Positions 8,070-18,438 are shown, counted from the first letter of the stretch. The stretch is DNA of 64,000 bases from Hoyosella rhizosphaerae (GCF_014643175.1 NZ_BMJH01000001.1:1474209-1538208); one strand, 5' to 3'. Program-made: numbers and translations. The notes: generated from the letters alone by a model not told the origin.

Positions 8070-10010
8070 CTACTCGGCTTCAGCGTCCACATCGTCGGCG
8101 TCAATTAGGGGTTCTAGGAACCGGTCGGCCGCAGCCACGGCAGGTTCCGACGATCCCGCGCTACCCACGAACACGGCGAAGGCAAGATCGCCGTCGATCC
8201 CAATGAACCAGCCATGTGGGGCTTGATCGGAATCCACTTCGGCGGTCCCTGTCTTCCCGATAAGACCTCGATAGCGCGCAAGCTCAGAGGCTGTGCCGCG
8301 TTCCACCACGCCACGCATCAGGTGCTGAATTGACCGAGTTAATTCAGCGGGCAGCGGTGGAACAATCTGGTCTGATTCACCAGGTTCGCCTTGGAGCAAC
8401 ATCGGTGCCGGGGTACTACCCCGGGCAATCGTGGCCGCCAGAAATGCCATTCCAAACGGAGACGCAACATTGCGTCCCTGCCCAAGTGCCGCTTCGACTC
8501 GGTCAATGCTTGATGTGTTTACCGGAACATCACCGGTGACCATGGTGAGGCCCGGAACTCGAAAGTTCATCCCGAGGCCTGTTTGCATCCCAACGTCATG
8601 CAACGCTTCGTCACTGAGTGACAACGCCAGATCAGCGAAGGTGGTGTTGCACGACTGCGCGAATGCCTCGTCAAAGGCGATGTCCCCCAGATCGAGGCCG
8701 TCAATGTTTGGGATGTATCGACCAGCGTAAATCCCGCTCGGTGGGCACGGAACGACACTGTTTGGAGCTACCTCGTCGATCATCATCGCTGCCATCGACG
8801 TGATGGGCTTAAAAGCCGAACCCGGCGGATATAGGCCACTGAGCGCAATTGGCCCCTCCGCATCCGCGGCTGCGTTCTGAGCGACGCCGAGCACAGCGCC
8901 TGTGCTGGATTTGACTGCGACAATCGCCGCTGGTGTGTCCAGGTCCTCGATCGCTTTTTGTGCTGCGGTCTGCACCTCGAGGTCTATCTCCGTGCGCACG
9001 TCGGGCAGCGGAATGCCTGGGGACTCCGCGAGAATATGCGAAGCCTCCGGACCGACGATCTCAACGGCCCATCCGGCTGACTGCTGCTGGCGCTCGTCCC
9101 ACTCGTCTTGTAGCTGCCCAAACAACGGGGATGCGAGTTCACGGCTGGTGCTGAGCATCCGGGATTGTTGTTGCACGCTGACACCGGGTATTTCCTCAAG
9201 CGCGGAGGCTACGCCGAAATAATCCGAATCTCGCAGCACGACAACAGTCACTGTTGTGCCCTGCCCGGCGTTGATTGAGGACAGCAGCGATGCCGCTGTG
9301 ATCTGGGGGTCGATGGGCTGCAATAGCTCTGCAAGGGATTTGGCAACTTCCCCGTTGCTGCGCGCTCGCGCGGGGGTGACGGAGACCAGGTGGACGGGTT
9401 GCTCCGTCATTATTACTTCCCCGTTGCGGTCAACAATATCGGTGGGAGCGGGCGGTTGCGGACGGAAACGTACCGTCGTTTCGTCCGTCAAATGGGGTAC
9501 AACAACGTCCGGGCGCCACACCACGCGCCAGCCATCTGAGCTCCGTGTTGCAGTTCCGCTAGTGGAAAATGCCCATTCGCGCGGTCCATACGCACTATCG
9601 CCAAGGTCCCACACTGCGCCAAGCGTGAAAGTGGCCCCCTCGTCGCCCACGCTGAGCCCTTGAACAGCGAATTGCGCCCCATCATGCGTGAGCGATTCGT
9701 AAATGCCCTCAAGGTCGTCACCAGCACGCGCAGGGTCATCGGTGAGCGCGGCGGCCCCGGGCAGATCGCCATCGGTGAGCGCCGCAGTGAAATCTCTGAT
9801 GGTGCCAAGGGGTGACGATTCTTCGACATGCGATTGACACGCAGTTAGCATGGCCGCGCCCAGCACGCCAACGATCAGCAACACCGCTGTAGCGGATCGC
9901 CTCTGAAGCGTGTTTACGGACCGACTTTGATGCACAGCACCGATTGTGCCTGGCAAACCAGTAGGCGTGCAGGGCGGAGCGTGATTCTTAATCGAATCCC
10001 AGGTAAGCAA
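8070..10010 (-). CDS. Penicillin-binding lipoprotein (NTF2-like N-domain + transpeptidase; Rv2864c-like)
   Basis: Lipobox 'AAMLTAC', an NTF2-like N-terminal half, and a transpeptidase domain with SxxK (GSAFKP), SxN (AQSCNTT) and KTG (KTGTAE). The start is uncertain (TTG at 10010 or a downstream alternative). Confidence 0.75.
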   Translation of the reverse strand: MLTWDSIKNHAPPCTPTGLPGTIGAVHQSRSVNTLQRRSATAVLLIVGVLGAAMLTACQSHVEESSPLGTIRDFTAALTDGDLPGAAALTDDPARAGDDLEGIYESLTHDGAQFAVQGLSVGDEGATFTLGAVWDLGDSAYGPREWAFSTSGTATRSSDGWRVVWRPDVVVPHLTDETTVRFRPQPPAPTDIVDRNGEVIMTEQPVHLVSVTPARARSNGEVAKSLAELLQPIDPQITAASLLSSINAGQGTTVTVVVLRDSDYFGVASALEEIPGVSVQQQSRMLSTSRELASPLFGQLQDEWDERQQQSAGWAVEIVGPEASHILAESPGIPLPDVRTEIDLEVQTAAQKAIEDLDTPAAIVAVKSSTGAVLGVAQNAAADAEGPIALSGLYPPGSAFKPITSMAAMMIDEVAPNSVVPCPPSGIYAGRYIPNIDGLDLGDIAFDEAFAQSCNTTFADLALSLSDEALHDVGMQTGLGMNFRVPGLTMVTGDVPVNTSSIDRVEAALGQGRNVASPFGMAFLAATIARGSTPAPMLLQGEPGESDQIVPPLPAELTRSIQHLMRGVVERGTASELARYRGLIGKTGTAEVDSDQAPHGWFIGIDGDLAFAVFVGSAGSSEPAVAAADRFLEPLIDADDVDAEAE

Positions 10011-10085
10011 AAAGCCACAAACACCCCTATCCTTGCAGACGTGGCTACTCCAGATGATGATCGCACCCCAACCAGTGCAGACAAG

Positions 10086-11075
10086 ATGCTCGCGGCATTC
10101 ACCAGCTACATCACCGAGAAGCTCACCGGCGACAACTTTGTCGAGCTAATTCACAGCGAAGTGGATTATGCGCTCGCCTCTGCTGCTCAACTCACCCTCG
10201 GCGAGGTCATTACGTGTGAGCAAGTCACCGATGTTGCCCTCAAATACGCCTCTGAGTGGCGGATCAAGGGAGCAATTCCCGAACTAGCGGGCGAAATCGC
10301 CACCCGCGTATACAAACGCACAGTCAATGAGGCTGACGAACAGATCGCTGACGTTGTCGACGACCACCATTTCGCTGACTTCGCCGAAAAACTCACGAGC
10401 CTGCCCGCATTTCGCCACCTCGTAGAAGGTATATACGAGAGCCCACTCACTGCGAACTGGGTCGCCTGGTTCATGTACCGCTTTGCGATCGACACCTTGC
10501 GTCACCAGCGTGACGTCGCTCGCCGAATTCCAGGTCTGAGCTCGTTGGTGGACATCAGCGGTCGTATCGGGTCAAGGGTTGCACCGGGCGTTTCCGACGC
10601 CGCCGAGTTGCGTTTTCGCGAGTTCACAGAACGAGCAGCGCACTACTTGATTTCACAACGCAAGAGCGCCGATGGGACCGTCGATCACGAGCCTATTGTC
10701 GACGCTGCTCTGGAAATGTGGGACGAGCACTCTCATGACCCAGTCAAGTCGCTGATCGCCACAATCAGCACAGACGATATTGAGGACTTCCTCATTCTCG
10801 GGTTTGAGTTTTGGCGCGACTTCCGACGCACCAGCTACTTCAGGCAAATCGTGAGCGAAGGTGTGGGCTACTTTTTCGAGAAGTACTCCGACGCCACACT
10901 GGCTGAGATTCTCGACGAAGTAGGTGTCACACGGGACGACATGATTGAGGAAGCACTGCGCTTTGCACCACGAGTTCTCGAGGTCACTATCGACAACGGG
11001 ATGCTGCGGAATCTAATAGAACGCCACTTCGCCCCATTCCTTGAACAGGACGAAGTGGCTCGTTTGCTCCGCTAG
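10086..11075 (+). CDS. Conserved hypothetical protein (acidic, soluble)
   Basis: Long ORF with no recognised motifs. ATG at 10086 was chosen to avoid overlapping the divergent PBP gene; the ORF track starts at 9927. Confidence 0.45.
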   Translation: MLAAFTSYITEKLTGDNFVELIHSEVDYALASAAQLTLGEVITCEQVTDVALKYASEWRIKGAIPELAGEIATRVYKRTVNEADEQIADVVDDHHFADFAEKLTSLPAFRHLVEGIYESPLTANWVAWFMYRFAIDTLRHQRDVARRIPGLSSLVDISGRIGSRVAPGVSDAAELRFREFTERAAHYLISQRKSADGTVDHEPIVDAALEMWDEHSHDPVKSLIATISTDDIEDFLILGFEFWRDFRRTSYFRQIVSEGVGYFFEKYSDATLAEILDEVGVTRDDMIEEALRFAPRVLEVTIDNGMLRNLIERHFAPFLEQDEVARLLR

Positions 11076-11926
11076 GGCGTCGCTACCGAATTAGCGAGCC
11101 TCGGTGCCAACCACTCCGTGAAGTCACCGAGCACTTGCTTCTTCTCCGGCTCGTTAAACAATTCGTGGTAGAGGCCTTCGTAGACGTGCAACGTGCATTC
11201 CGTTTCTGTCACTAGGTCAGGAATCATTCGGCTGCCGTCTACGTCGGTCAACTGATCAGCGTTTCCGTGCAAAACCAGCGTCGGGACCTTCAGTGACGGC
11301 AGACGCGAGGGAAACGATTCCATCGTCAGTACGAGATGGCGTGCAATCCCGGCAGGAATCATGCCGTGATGCACCATGGGGTCGGCCTCATACTTGCGCA
11401 CAACTTCAGGGTCACGGGAAACTGCCGATGCATTAACTTTCTCCACCGGAATCCACGGCAAAAACCGGCCTAGGATCTTCCCCACCGTGACGACAATTTT
11501 GGGAGTGCCCGTCGCCAACTTCACGGCTGGCGCCGAAAGCACTAGGGCCTTGAGATGACTTCCCTTGTCGAGGGCATACGACAGCGCGATAGCCCCACCC
11601 ATGCTGTGGCCCAGCAGAAACACAGGAACGTCAGGAACCTGCGCCCGCGCGATGTCCACAACGGAATCCAAGTCGGTGGTGAGATCGTCCCACGCTTTTA
11701 ACGCCATTCTTGGGCCACCGGACTTGCCATGCCCTCGGTGGTCCGGGGCGTAGACCGCGATGCCGTGCTGCGTCAGTTCCTCCGCGACATGGGCGTACCG
11801 CCCCGCATGTTCCCCAATGCCATGAGCGATCACCATCACCCCAGTTGGGTTAGTGCTTGGCTTCCACACCTGATAGACGATTTGCGTTCCATGAACACCA
11901 TTAAATGACGACTCTGAATGCTCCAC
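11072..11926 (-). CDS. Monoacylglycerol lipase / lysophospholipase (alpha/beta hydrolase, Rv0183-like)
   Basis: 'HGIGEHAGRY', nucleophile elbow 'GHSMGG' and an acid/His C-terminal region match the monoglyceride lipase family. Confidence 0.8.
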   Translation of the reverse strand: MEHSESSFNGVHGTQIVYQVWKPSTNPTGVMVIAHGIGEHAGRYAHVAEELTQHGIAVYAPDHRGHGKSGGPRMALKAWDDLTTDLDSVVDIARAQVPDVPVFLLGHSMGGAIALSYALDKGSHLKALVLSAPAVKLATGTPKIVVTVGKILGRFLPWIPVEKVNASAVSRDPEVVRKYEADPMVHHGMIPAGIARHLVLTMESFPSRLPSLKVPTLVLHGNADQLTDVDGSRMIPDLVTETECTLHVYEGLYHELFNEPEKKQVLGDFTEWLAPRLANSVATP

Positions 11927-12031
11927 GTGCCCGATTCTAGGCGCGAAAAGCGCTGGACTCGATTTGCCGCACGGTGAGCGTGTGCGCAGCGACCGGTATC
12001 ATCGCAACCACGCGTCCTGTAGGAGGCAATA

Positions 12032-12799
12032 GTGGCACGTGCGATAGCAGTATTCGGCAGCGGCGACCGTTTCCACACATCAACGTCCTGGCTGGATTCT
12101 TGGCACTCGTTTTCCTTCGGCCCGCATTACGACCCGACCAATACGCACCATGGTGCGTTGCTCGTCAACAACGAAGAGCGCATAACTCCCCTTGCCGGTT
12201 ACGACTCCCACCCCCATCAGCACAGCGAGATCCTGACGTGGGTGCTCGAAGGAACATTGGTTCATCAGGACTCCAACGGAAACAACGGGGTGGTGTATCC
12301 GGGGCGTGTTCAGCGGCTCAGCGCTGGGAGCGGTGTCCTGCATTCAGAGCGCAACGACCCGTGGCCGTCCGACGGCGAAGCACCAGAGCAACCAGTACGA
12401 CTCATACAGATGACGGTCACACCGGATGAGACTGGCACTGCGCCGGACTACGCGCACGCCGATGTCGACGACCAACTCGACGCGGGTGGATGGGTTGCCC
12501 TCGCATCGGGCCAGCCCAAACACGTCGACGACGCTGGCGTTCGGATCCGTAATACAGGTGCCACGCTTTTCGCGGCAAGACTCACCGCCAATACAGGATC
12601 AACTAGTGCACAATTGCTGTGCCCCGAAGGCCCCTTCGTTCACCTTCAGGTTGTTCGCGGATCCGTCGATATGGAAGACGTCGGCGCACTTTCAGTTGGC
12701 GACACAGTGCGACTGACCAACACAGGTGGCCACGCGATTACTGCAACGAGCGACGCCGAAGTGCTCGTGTGGGAAATGCACCGAGGACTGTGGAGTTAA
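12032..12799 (+). CDS. Pirin family cupin protein
   Basis: Pirin N-domain signature 'HPHQHSEILTWVLEGTLVHQDSNGN'. GTG start with AGGAGG at 12021-12026. Confidence 0.85.
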   Translation: MARAIAVFGSGDRFHTSTSWLDSWHSFSFGPHYDPTNTHHGALLVNNEERITPLAGYDSHPHQHSEILTWVLEGTLVHQDSNGNNGVVYPGRVQRLSAGSGVLHSERNDPWPSDGEAPEQPVRLIQMTVTPDETGTAPDYAHADVDDQLDAGGWVALASGQPKHVDDAGVRIRNTGATLFAARLTANTGSTSAQLLCPEGPFVHLQVVRGSVDMEDVGALSVGDTVRLTNTGGHAITATSDAEVLVWEMHRGLWS

Positions 12800-12802
12800 C
12801 TC

Positions 12803-13561
12803 ATGAGAGTCCTCATCGAACCCGACGAAGCTGCTGTGGCTCGCACCGCAGCGAACGCCGTCGCACCGCTGGTGCGGCACGCCACCTGCAACCTCGGTGT
12901 CGCAACAGGTTCGTCGCCTGTACCCACGTACCGCGAACTTGCCCGACGCTGCGCCAGCGGCGAGCTGAACTTCTCCGGCGTTCATGTTTTTCTCCTCGAT
13001 GAATACGCCGGACTTCCGCAACAACACCCGCAGTCCTATTTCTCGACAATCCGACGAGATTTCACCACCGCCGTTGGGATCCCCGACGACCACATCCACG
13101 GCCCAGACGGATACGCTGAAAATGTGTTTGAAGAGGCCGCCCAGTACGACCGGCACCTCACTGAAGTCGGTGGAATTGATGTCCAAATTCTCGGCATCGG
13201 CAGGAATGGACACATCGGGTTCAATGAACCCATGTCATCGCTGGCGAGCCGAACTCACGTCGCGGTGCTCACAAACCAAACTAGGCAAGACAACAGTCGC
13301 TTTTTCGCCGCAATCGACGATGTTCCTCGCCGAGCAATAACCCAAGGCTTGGCCACCATTAGCGAGGCTCGCTCGATCGTGCTCATCGCGACAGGACCTG
13401 CTAAATCATCGGCCCTAGCCGCAGCAATAGAAGGACCCCTGAGTGCGCGCTGCCCGGCATCGGTGCTGCAATTGCACCCCAACGTCACTATCATTGCCGA
13501 CGAAGAAGCCGCACAGGACCTCGAATTCGCCGACTACTACCGGCAGCGATCGGCCCACTAG
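12803..13561 (+). CDS. nagB: Glucosamine-6-phosphate deaminase
   Basis: 'LGVATGSSPVPTY...FLLDEY...GIGRNGHIGFNEP' matches the NagB family; 252 aa. Confidence 0.85.
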   Translation: MRVLIEPDEAAVARTAANAVAPLVRHATCNLGVATGSSPVPTYRELARRCASGELNFSGVHVFLLDEYAGLPQQHPQSYFSTIRRDFTTAVGIPDDHIHGPDGYAENVFEEAAQYDRHLTEVGGIDVQILGIGRNGHIGFNEPMSSLASRTHVAVLTNQTRQDNSRFFAAIDDVPRRAITQGLATISEARSIVLIATGPAKSSALAAAIEGPLSARCPASVLQLHPNVTIIADEEAAQDLEFADYYRQRSAH

Positions 13562-13639
13562 GGGAACCGTTATGTCTCGGCTGAGCCGCGCACGCGACCG
13601 TATGCGCACAGCGCTTCAGCAACACCACGGCACCCGAGC

Positions 13640-14275
13640 TCAATCGCGTGGGACAGTCCCCACTCGAACTTGAATATGCCCGCCCCGCAGGCTGACTGAA
13701 TCCACGTTCGTGCAGCGTTGCTCAAGCCTGGTCCACGGGTGCGCGTGAATATCTGCGCCTCCAGCCCGGCACGCAGCCCGTGCGAGCGGAGCCCACACCG
13801 CTGACCGCCCCGTCGGCACCTGCATGTCAACCACTGCAACGCGGGCACCTGGTTTACACGCAGCAACCATCGTGTCGAACGCTGCGCGCCAATCCGCCAT
13901 CAGGGACAGCGAATAAGTGGCAATTGCGGCGTCGAACTTTTCACCACCGAGGGCTTCACACAGTGCCTCTGCAGTTGTCCTTGTTGCGTCGGCTGTTGCA
14001 AGACTGACGTTGCTCCACTCATTGACGTGCGCTTTCCTGCTTGCCTGCGTGATCATGTCAGAACTGAGATCAACGCCCACGAGCCAACCATCTGGGCCAA
14101 TACGGTGCTGAATGTGCCCGAAGTTAAGCCCAGTGCCGCACCCCATGTCCAACACCTTCGCCCCGGCACGTAAGCGCATCAACTTCAGCGCCGCTTCCCG
14201 GCCCGCGCCGTACACCGGCCATTCAAACGAAATCGCGTCATAGAACTGCGCCGACGCGGTGTACTTTGCTGGCAT
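13640..14275 (-). CDS. Class I SAM-dependent methyltransferase
   Basis: Motif I 'VLDMGCGTG' and the downstream acidic 'VGVDLS' are typical of a Rossmann methyltransferase. Confidence 0.75.
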   Translation of the reverse strand: MPAKYTASAQFYDAISFEWPVYGAGREAALKLMRLRAGAKVLDMGCGTGLNFGHIQHRIGPDGWLVGVDLSSDMITQASRKAHVNEWSNVSLATADATRTTAEALCEALGGEKFDAAIATYSLSLMADWRAAFDTMVAACKPGARVAVVDMQVPTGRSAVWAPLARAACRAGGADIHAHPWTRLEQRCTNVDSVSLRGGHIQVRVGTVPRD

Positions 14276-14497
14276 AAAGTTCCTTAGTTTTCTGAGGAAG
14301 CAATCCGACGACTCACCGGGTTACTAGTCTGTGGACCGCACAGTGCCATAAGTCAACGGTGTCATAGCTCAACGACGGGAGGGAAACTCAAGCCGATGCT
14401 CAGTGACATCACTGTGGGCACGCCGCACCCTGCCACCAGAGTCGTCGATTCAGCGAATGCACAAAGTCGTCAACCAACTCGCACAAGGGGACATACA

Positions 14498-15925
14498 GTG
14501 ACGCAGCCACAACCGTGGGATTTGCTCGTAGTCGGTGGGGGTTCAGCAGGAATTGTTTCAGCCAAAACTGCCGTTAAGCTAGGGGCAAGTGTGCTGCTAG
14601 TGGAATCGCATCGCACAGGAGGAGACTGCCTGTGGACAGGATGCGTGCCGTCCAAATCGCTCCTCGCTGCCGCCCATCACGTCGCTCACGCTCGCCGTGG
14701 GGCCGAAGTCGGTGTTCACGTCGGTGACATCACCGTGGATTTTGCAGCAGTGATGGCGCACGTGCGCTCAGCAATCAGCACGATCGAACCGATCGACACT
14801 CCTGAGGCTCTCGAAGCTGATGGCATTACGGTTGTGTCAGGCCGAGCCGTCTTCACCAGCCCTCACACCGCTGACGTCAATGGTAAATCGGTGAGGTTCC
14901 GCCAGGCACTGATTGCCACCGGAGCCGCGCCCATACTTCCGCCCATTCCTGGCCTAAACAATGCGCTTACAAGCGAAACCGTGTGGGATCTTGATGAGCT
15001 TCCTGCTCGACTCCTTGTGATCGGAGGCGGCAGCATAGGGTGCGAACTGAGCCAAGCTTTCGCCCGTCTCGGCAGCGATGTCACACTCGTCGAAGCTGGA
15101 CCACGGGTGCTTCCGGCCGAATCACCGGCCGCCTCCCGCATCATCAACGATGTACTTGAACACGACGGCGTCACCATCCACACAGGCCAATCGGTATCCC
15201 ACATCGAGGGAACTCGAGCGGTTCTAAGCAACGACGACACAGTCGAGTTCGACCAAGTGCTCGTCGCTGTTGGCCGTGCCGCGCGAACAGATAAACTTGG
15301 CCTCGATGCCGCCGGTGTGCGCGTCAACGACCACAAACAGGTGATGATCGACCGTCATCTTCGCACCACAAACCCGCGTATCTGGGCCGCCGGGGACGTA
15401 ACCCCATTACCGCAATTCACTCACACCGCCGGAACCTTTGGCAGCCTCGCAGCGAGCAACGCAGTTTTGGGAATTCGCCGAAAAGTGAACACAGCGCTGA
15501 TTCCTCGCGTCACATTCACAGACCCTGAGGTTGCGTCAGTCGGCGAATCCACGCCCACAGTGAATTCGCGACTGCGCGAACACACGGTCACCCACGACCA
15601 CCTCGATCGAGCAGTCACCGAGAATTCCACGAGAGGATTCTCCAGCCTCGTATTCGACCGTAAGAGTCGCCTTGTCGGCGCAACAGTTGTCAGCCCACGC
15701 GCTGGGGAGACCATCGGTGAACTCACCCTCGCAATGAAACTTGGCCTTCGATCACGCGACCTTGCCGGCACGATTCACCCCTACCCCACCTACAACGACG
15801 GAGCATGGAATGCTGCCATCGCCGATACACGCGACCAGCTAGCGTCGCCTGCGGCGAAACGCACGTTCTCTGTGCTCACTGGCATACGGCGGAAATGGCT
15901 TAAAACAAAAAATAAGTCCGTATAA
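14498..15925 (+). CDS. FAD-dependent pyridine nucleotide-disulfide oxidoreductase (Lpd/mercuric-reductase-like, class I)
   Basis: 'DLLVVGGGSAGI' FAD motif, redox-active 'GGDCLWTGCVPSK', a second Rossmann 'VIGGGSIGCE', and a dimerisation domain. GTG at 14498 is preceded by AAGGGG; the ORF track starts at 14396. Confidence 0.8.
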   Translation: MTQPQPWDLLVVGGGSAGIVSAKTAVKLGASVLLVESHRTGGDCLWTGCVPSKSLLAAAHHVAHARRGAEVGVHVGDITVDFAAVMAHVRSAISTIEPIDTPEALEADGITVVSGRAVFTSPHTADVNGKSVRFRQALIATGAAPILPPIPGLNNALTSETVWDLDELPARLLVIGGGSIGCELSQAFARLGSDVTLVEAGPRVLPAESPAASRIINDVLEHDGVTIHTGQSVSHIEGTRAVLSNDDTVEFDQVLVAVGRAARTDKLGLDAAGVRVNDHKQVMIDRHLRTTNPRIWAAGDVTPLPQFTHTAGTFGSLAASNAVLGIRRKVNTALIPRVTFTDPEVASVGESTPTVNSRLREHTVTHDHLDRAVTENSTRGFSSLVFDRKSRLVGATVVSPRAGETIGELTLAMKLGLRSRDLAGTIHPYPTYNDGAWNAAIADTRDQLASPAAKRTFSVLTGIRRKWLKTKNKSV

Positions 15926-16023
15926 GCGGAATGTCCGAATCACGCAAGCGGGTTCCCAGAGCGTACGGAGACTTTCTGGCGACTGCCAATTCCGTGTGAC
16001 GACATTTCTGCAAAGGAGAAATC

Positions 16024-16602
16024 ATGACCACCCACACGCCACATAGTTCAGGCCATGCTGTCGCAACTGCGGGTTGGGGTAAATGGGCTGTCACTGGTGC
16101 CATCGCGGGCATCATCGCGTCATTAGCGATGGCAGCCTTTGCCATGATCGCCGCCGCCACCTACCAGGGCGTTGGGTTCTTCACCCCGCTCTATCACATT
16201 GCCTCGTCCGTGATTGACGGCGAAGCCATGATGCAGTCGATGGAAGCAGGGATGGCAGGAGACAACTTTGTCTTCATCGTCGGACCTGCCATTGTCGGCG
16301 CGCTAGTACACATGATGGTCGGCGCTGGTTACGGCATCGTTTTTGCTGTTATCGCGAAGCTCGCACAATTGCGTGGAGCTATCCTCGTCGCTGCAGGCGC
16401 GGTGTACGGATTCCTGGTCTTCGTCGCAAGCGCATGGGTGCTGCTCCCGCTGACCGCAACCATCCTCGGCGGCGGCGACCCGATCCGCGACATGGCAACG
16501 ATGGTCGGATATCCCACGTTCATCGCCGAGCACATCCTCTTCGGCGTCGTTCTTGCGCTCGTGCTGATTCCTGTTGCTGCACGGCGCGCAGCTCACCGCT
16601 GA
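16024..16602 (+). CDS. Hypothetical integral membrane protein
   Basis: 192 aa with 4-5 hydrophobic helices. Strong RBS AAAGGAGAAATC before the ATG, and a terminator hairpin immediately follows. Confidence 0.5.
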   Translation: MTTHTPHSSGHAVATAGWGKWAVTGAIAGIIASLAMAAFAMIAAATYQGVGFFTPLYHIASSVIDGEAMMQSMEAGMAGDNFVFIVGPAIVGALVHMMVGAGYGIVFAVIAKLAQLRGAILVAAGAVYGFLVFVASAWVLLPLTATILGGGDPIRDMATMVGYPTFIAEHILFGVVLALVLIPVAARRAAHR

Positions 16603-16613
16603 GGTCCCCAAAG

Positions 16614-16668
16614 AAACAGGCTAGGCGGCGGCCCGACACGCCGCCTAGCCTGTTTTGTGCTTTTTGCA
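16614..16668 (+). terminator. Rho-independent terminator (perfect ~17-bp stem + T tract)
   Basis: aaacaggctaggcggcg-gcccgacac-gccgcctagcctgttt followed by tgtgctttttg, directly after the stop of the 16024..16602 gene. The structure is read from the sequence. Confidence 0.7.
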
Positions 16669-16721
16669 CCTTAAACTCGCAGAAAGTGAGTAATTCAGAA
16701 ATTAATTGAAGGGTGCACTAA

Positions 16722-18053
16722 ATGGGCTTTGGGTATCGCCATCGGGGAAAAATAGCAGTAGCGGGAACATGCGCTATCGCCCTCGCAGTGACAGGTTGCC
16801 AATCCGAATCAAACGACGCTGGTACTTCCTACGAAGTGTGGGGGCTCGACCAGGCAGATACCCGCGAGGACGGCGGCGGGCACCTTTACATCTGGGCAGG
16901 CGCCGACATCAGCGAAGGCTCCCCCGGTAACGCGACACCCACAATTATCGACCTCGGTGACGCAGCTGAAGCCGCCGGATGCGATGTCGCCAAGCGCCCT
17001 CACATGGCCCTGACAAACAACACTGATACCCCAACGCACGCGATCATCTCCAACGTCGCGTCGGGCGACACCCACTTCATGGACATCGACACCCGCGAGA
17101 TCGTCGGGTGCATCAGCACTGTCGACGGCTTCAACGGTGCTGGCGGATCACACGCCGCGCATGCATCAGTCGCAACACCTGACGACAGTATGGTCATTGT
17201 GGCCGACATGAACCACGGCCCTGACTCCGGTTACCTTCACAAAATTCGCACCGACTACAGCGCCAACGATTTCGAGCTCGTCGAAACGCTTCCCCTAGCC
17301 GAATTCGCGGATGCGCTCGGCACCGACACCGTCCGGCCCATTTGTCACGAGTTCACCAACGACGGCAAATTCGCCTACGTCACTCTCGCGCACGGCGGAC
17401 TCCTCATCGTCGACGTCGGCTCCGCGGACGCCGAAAGTCCGATGCAGGTCACTCATGTTCACGAAGCATCAACCATGCCTGGCGCAGGTTGTGGGGCATT
17501 CCCCATCTCCGATGACCTCATGATCACCAACGGTGAAAGCGGCGCCTCTGGCGGCGATGACTTCATGTTCTTCCACGACACATCCCGCATCAGCGACGGC
17601 GAATTCCCCACACCAGAAGTACTGGAGCTCCCCGGCGACGACACTCACGGCACAGCCTTCTGCACCTCCACAGACGGCCGCGAATACGCCCTGTCTTTGA
17701 TGCGCGTGAGCAACGACATCAACATCATCGACCTCGAATCACGCGAAGTGGTCCATACCACCACGATGGCAACCGAATTCAGTCCCAACCCAGCGCCGGA
17801 CCTGGGGTTCATCCGCGGAAACCAGATGTTCGTCAGCTTGCGAGGAGCACAACCACTCACCGCAATCAATGACCTCACGGATGCCGCCCGCACGCCTGGC
17901 ATCGCTGTCCTCACAGTCAGCAACGATTGTCACTCCTTCACATGGGAGGAAAGCGACCTACTCGCGATGGACGCCAACCCCAACACCGTCGACGTTGATG
18001 GCGTCGAAGTGTCAGCGTCAGACCCACACGGCATGAGCATCATCGAACGGTGA
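16722..18053 (+). CDS. Secreted lipoprotein, possibly beta-propeller (YVTN-like repeats)
   Basis: Signal peptide + lipobox 'LAVTGC'. Repeated motifs such as 'YVTLAHGGLLIVDVG' and 'NDINIIDLESREVV' suggest propeller blades, but no catalytic motif was recognised. Confidence 0.55.
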   Translation: MGFGYRHRGKIAVAGTCAIALAVTGCQSESNDAGTSYEVWGLDQADTREDGGGHLYIWAGADISEGSPGNATPTIIDLGDAAEAAGCDVAKRPHMALTNNTDTPTHAIISNVASGDTHFMDIDTREIVGCISTVDGFNGAGGSHAAHASVATPDDSMVIVADMNHGPDSGYLHKIRTDYSANDFELVETLPLAEFADALGTDTVRPICHEFTNDGKFAYVTLAHGGLLIVDVGSADAESPMQVTHVHEASTMPGAGCGAFPISDDLMITNGESGASGGDDFMFFHDTSRISDGEFPTPEVLELPGDDTHGTAFCTSTDGREYALSLMRVSNDINIIDLESREVVHTTTMATEFSPNPAPDLGFIRGNQMFVSLRGAQPLTAINDLTDAARTPGIAVLTVSNDCHSFTWEESDLLAMDANPNTVDVDGVEVSASDPHGMSIIER

Positions 18054-18105
18054 TCTCGGGGCGGCACGGACGTTTAAGGCACCAGCGTTTTGCCTGCTGA
18101 ATGCG

Positions 18106-18438
18106 TCAGAACTCCGTGCCGCCTTGTCGCGCGCCACGAATCGCTGCGAAAAACTCGTGAACCTGCGCGCGCTCGCTGAGCGGCACAATCAACTCGGTAT
18201 ATTCGCCACGGTCACTGATCCCCCCGTTAGGCAACCGAACCCCCACCTTCAGCAACAAATCTGGCTCCTGGACATTCGCCTCCACGCCCACCTGAGACAC
18301 ATGCCACCTCTTCGCCGGACCGCGGGCATCGAAAATCTCCAGCACAAAGTGATCGAGTACCAGAATGTACCGATCAGCCAGCGCACATTCCCGATACGTT
18401 CGATTCATCATCGCTTCCCCCTTTTGCCTCACTGGCAC
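18106..18438 (-). CDS. Hypothetical protein (frame choice uncertain versus overlapping + strand ORF 18124..18459)
   Basis: Two fully overlapping ~110-aa ORFs occupy the intergenic space. The minus frame reads more protein-like, but third-position GC was inconclusive. Confidence 0.3.
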   Translation of the reverse strand: MPVRQKGEAMMNRTYRECALADRYILVLDHFVLEIFDARGPAKRWHVSQVGVEANVQEPDLLLKVGVRLPNGGISDRGEYTELIVPLSERAQVHEFFAAIRGARQGGTEF

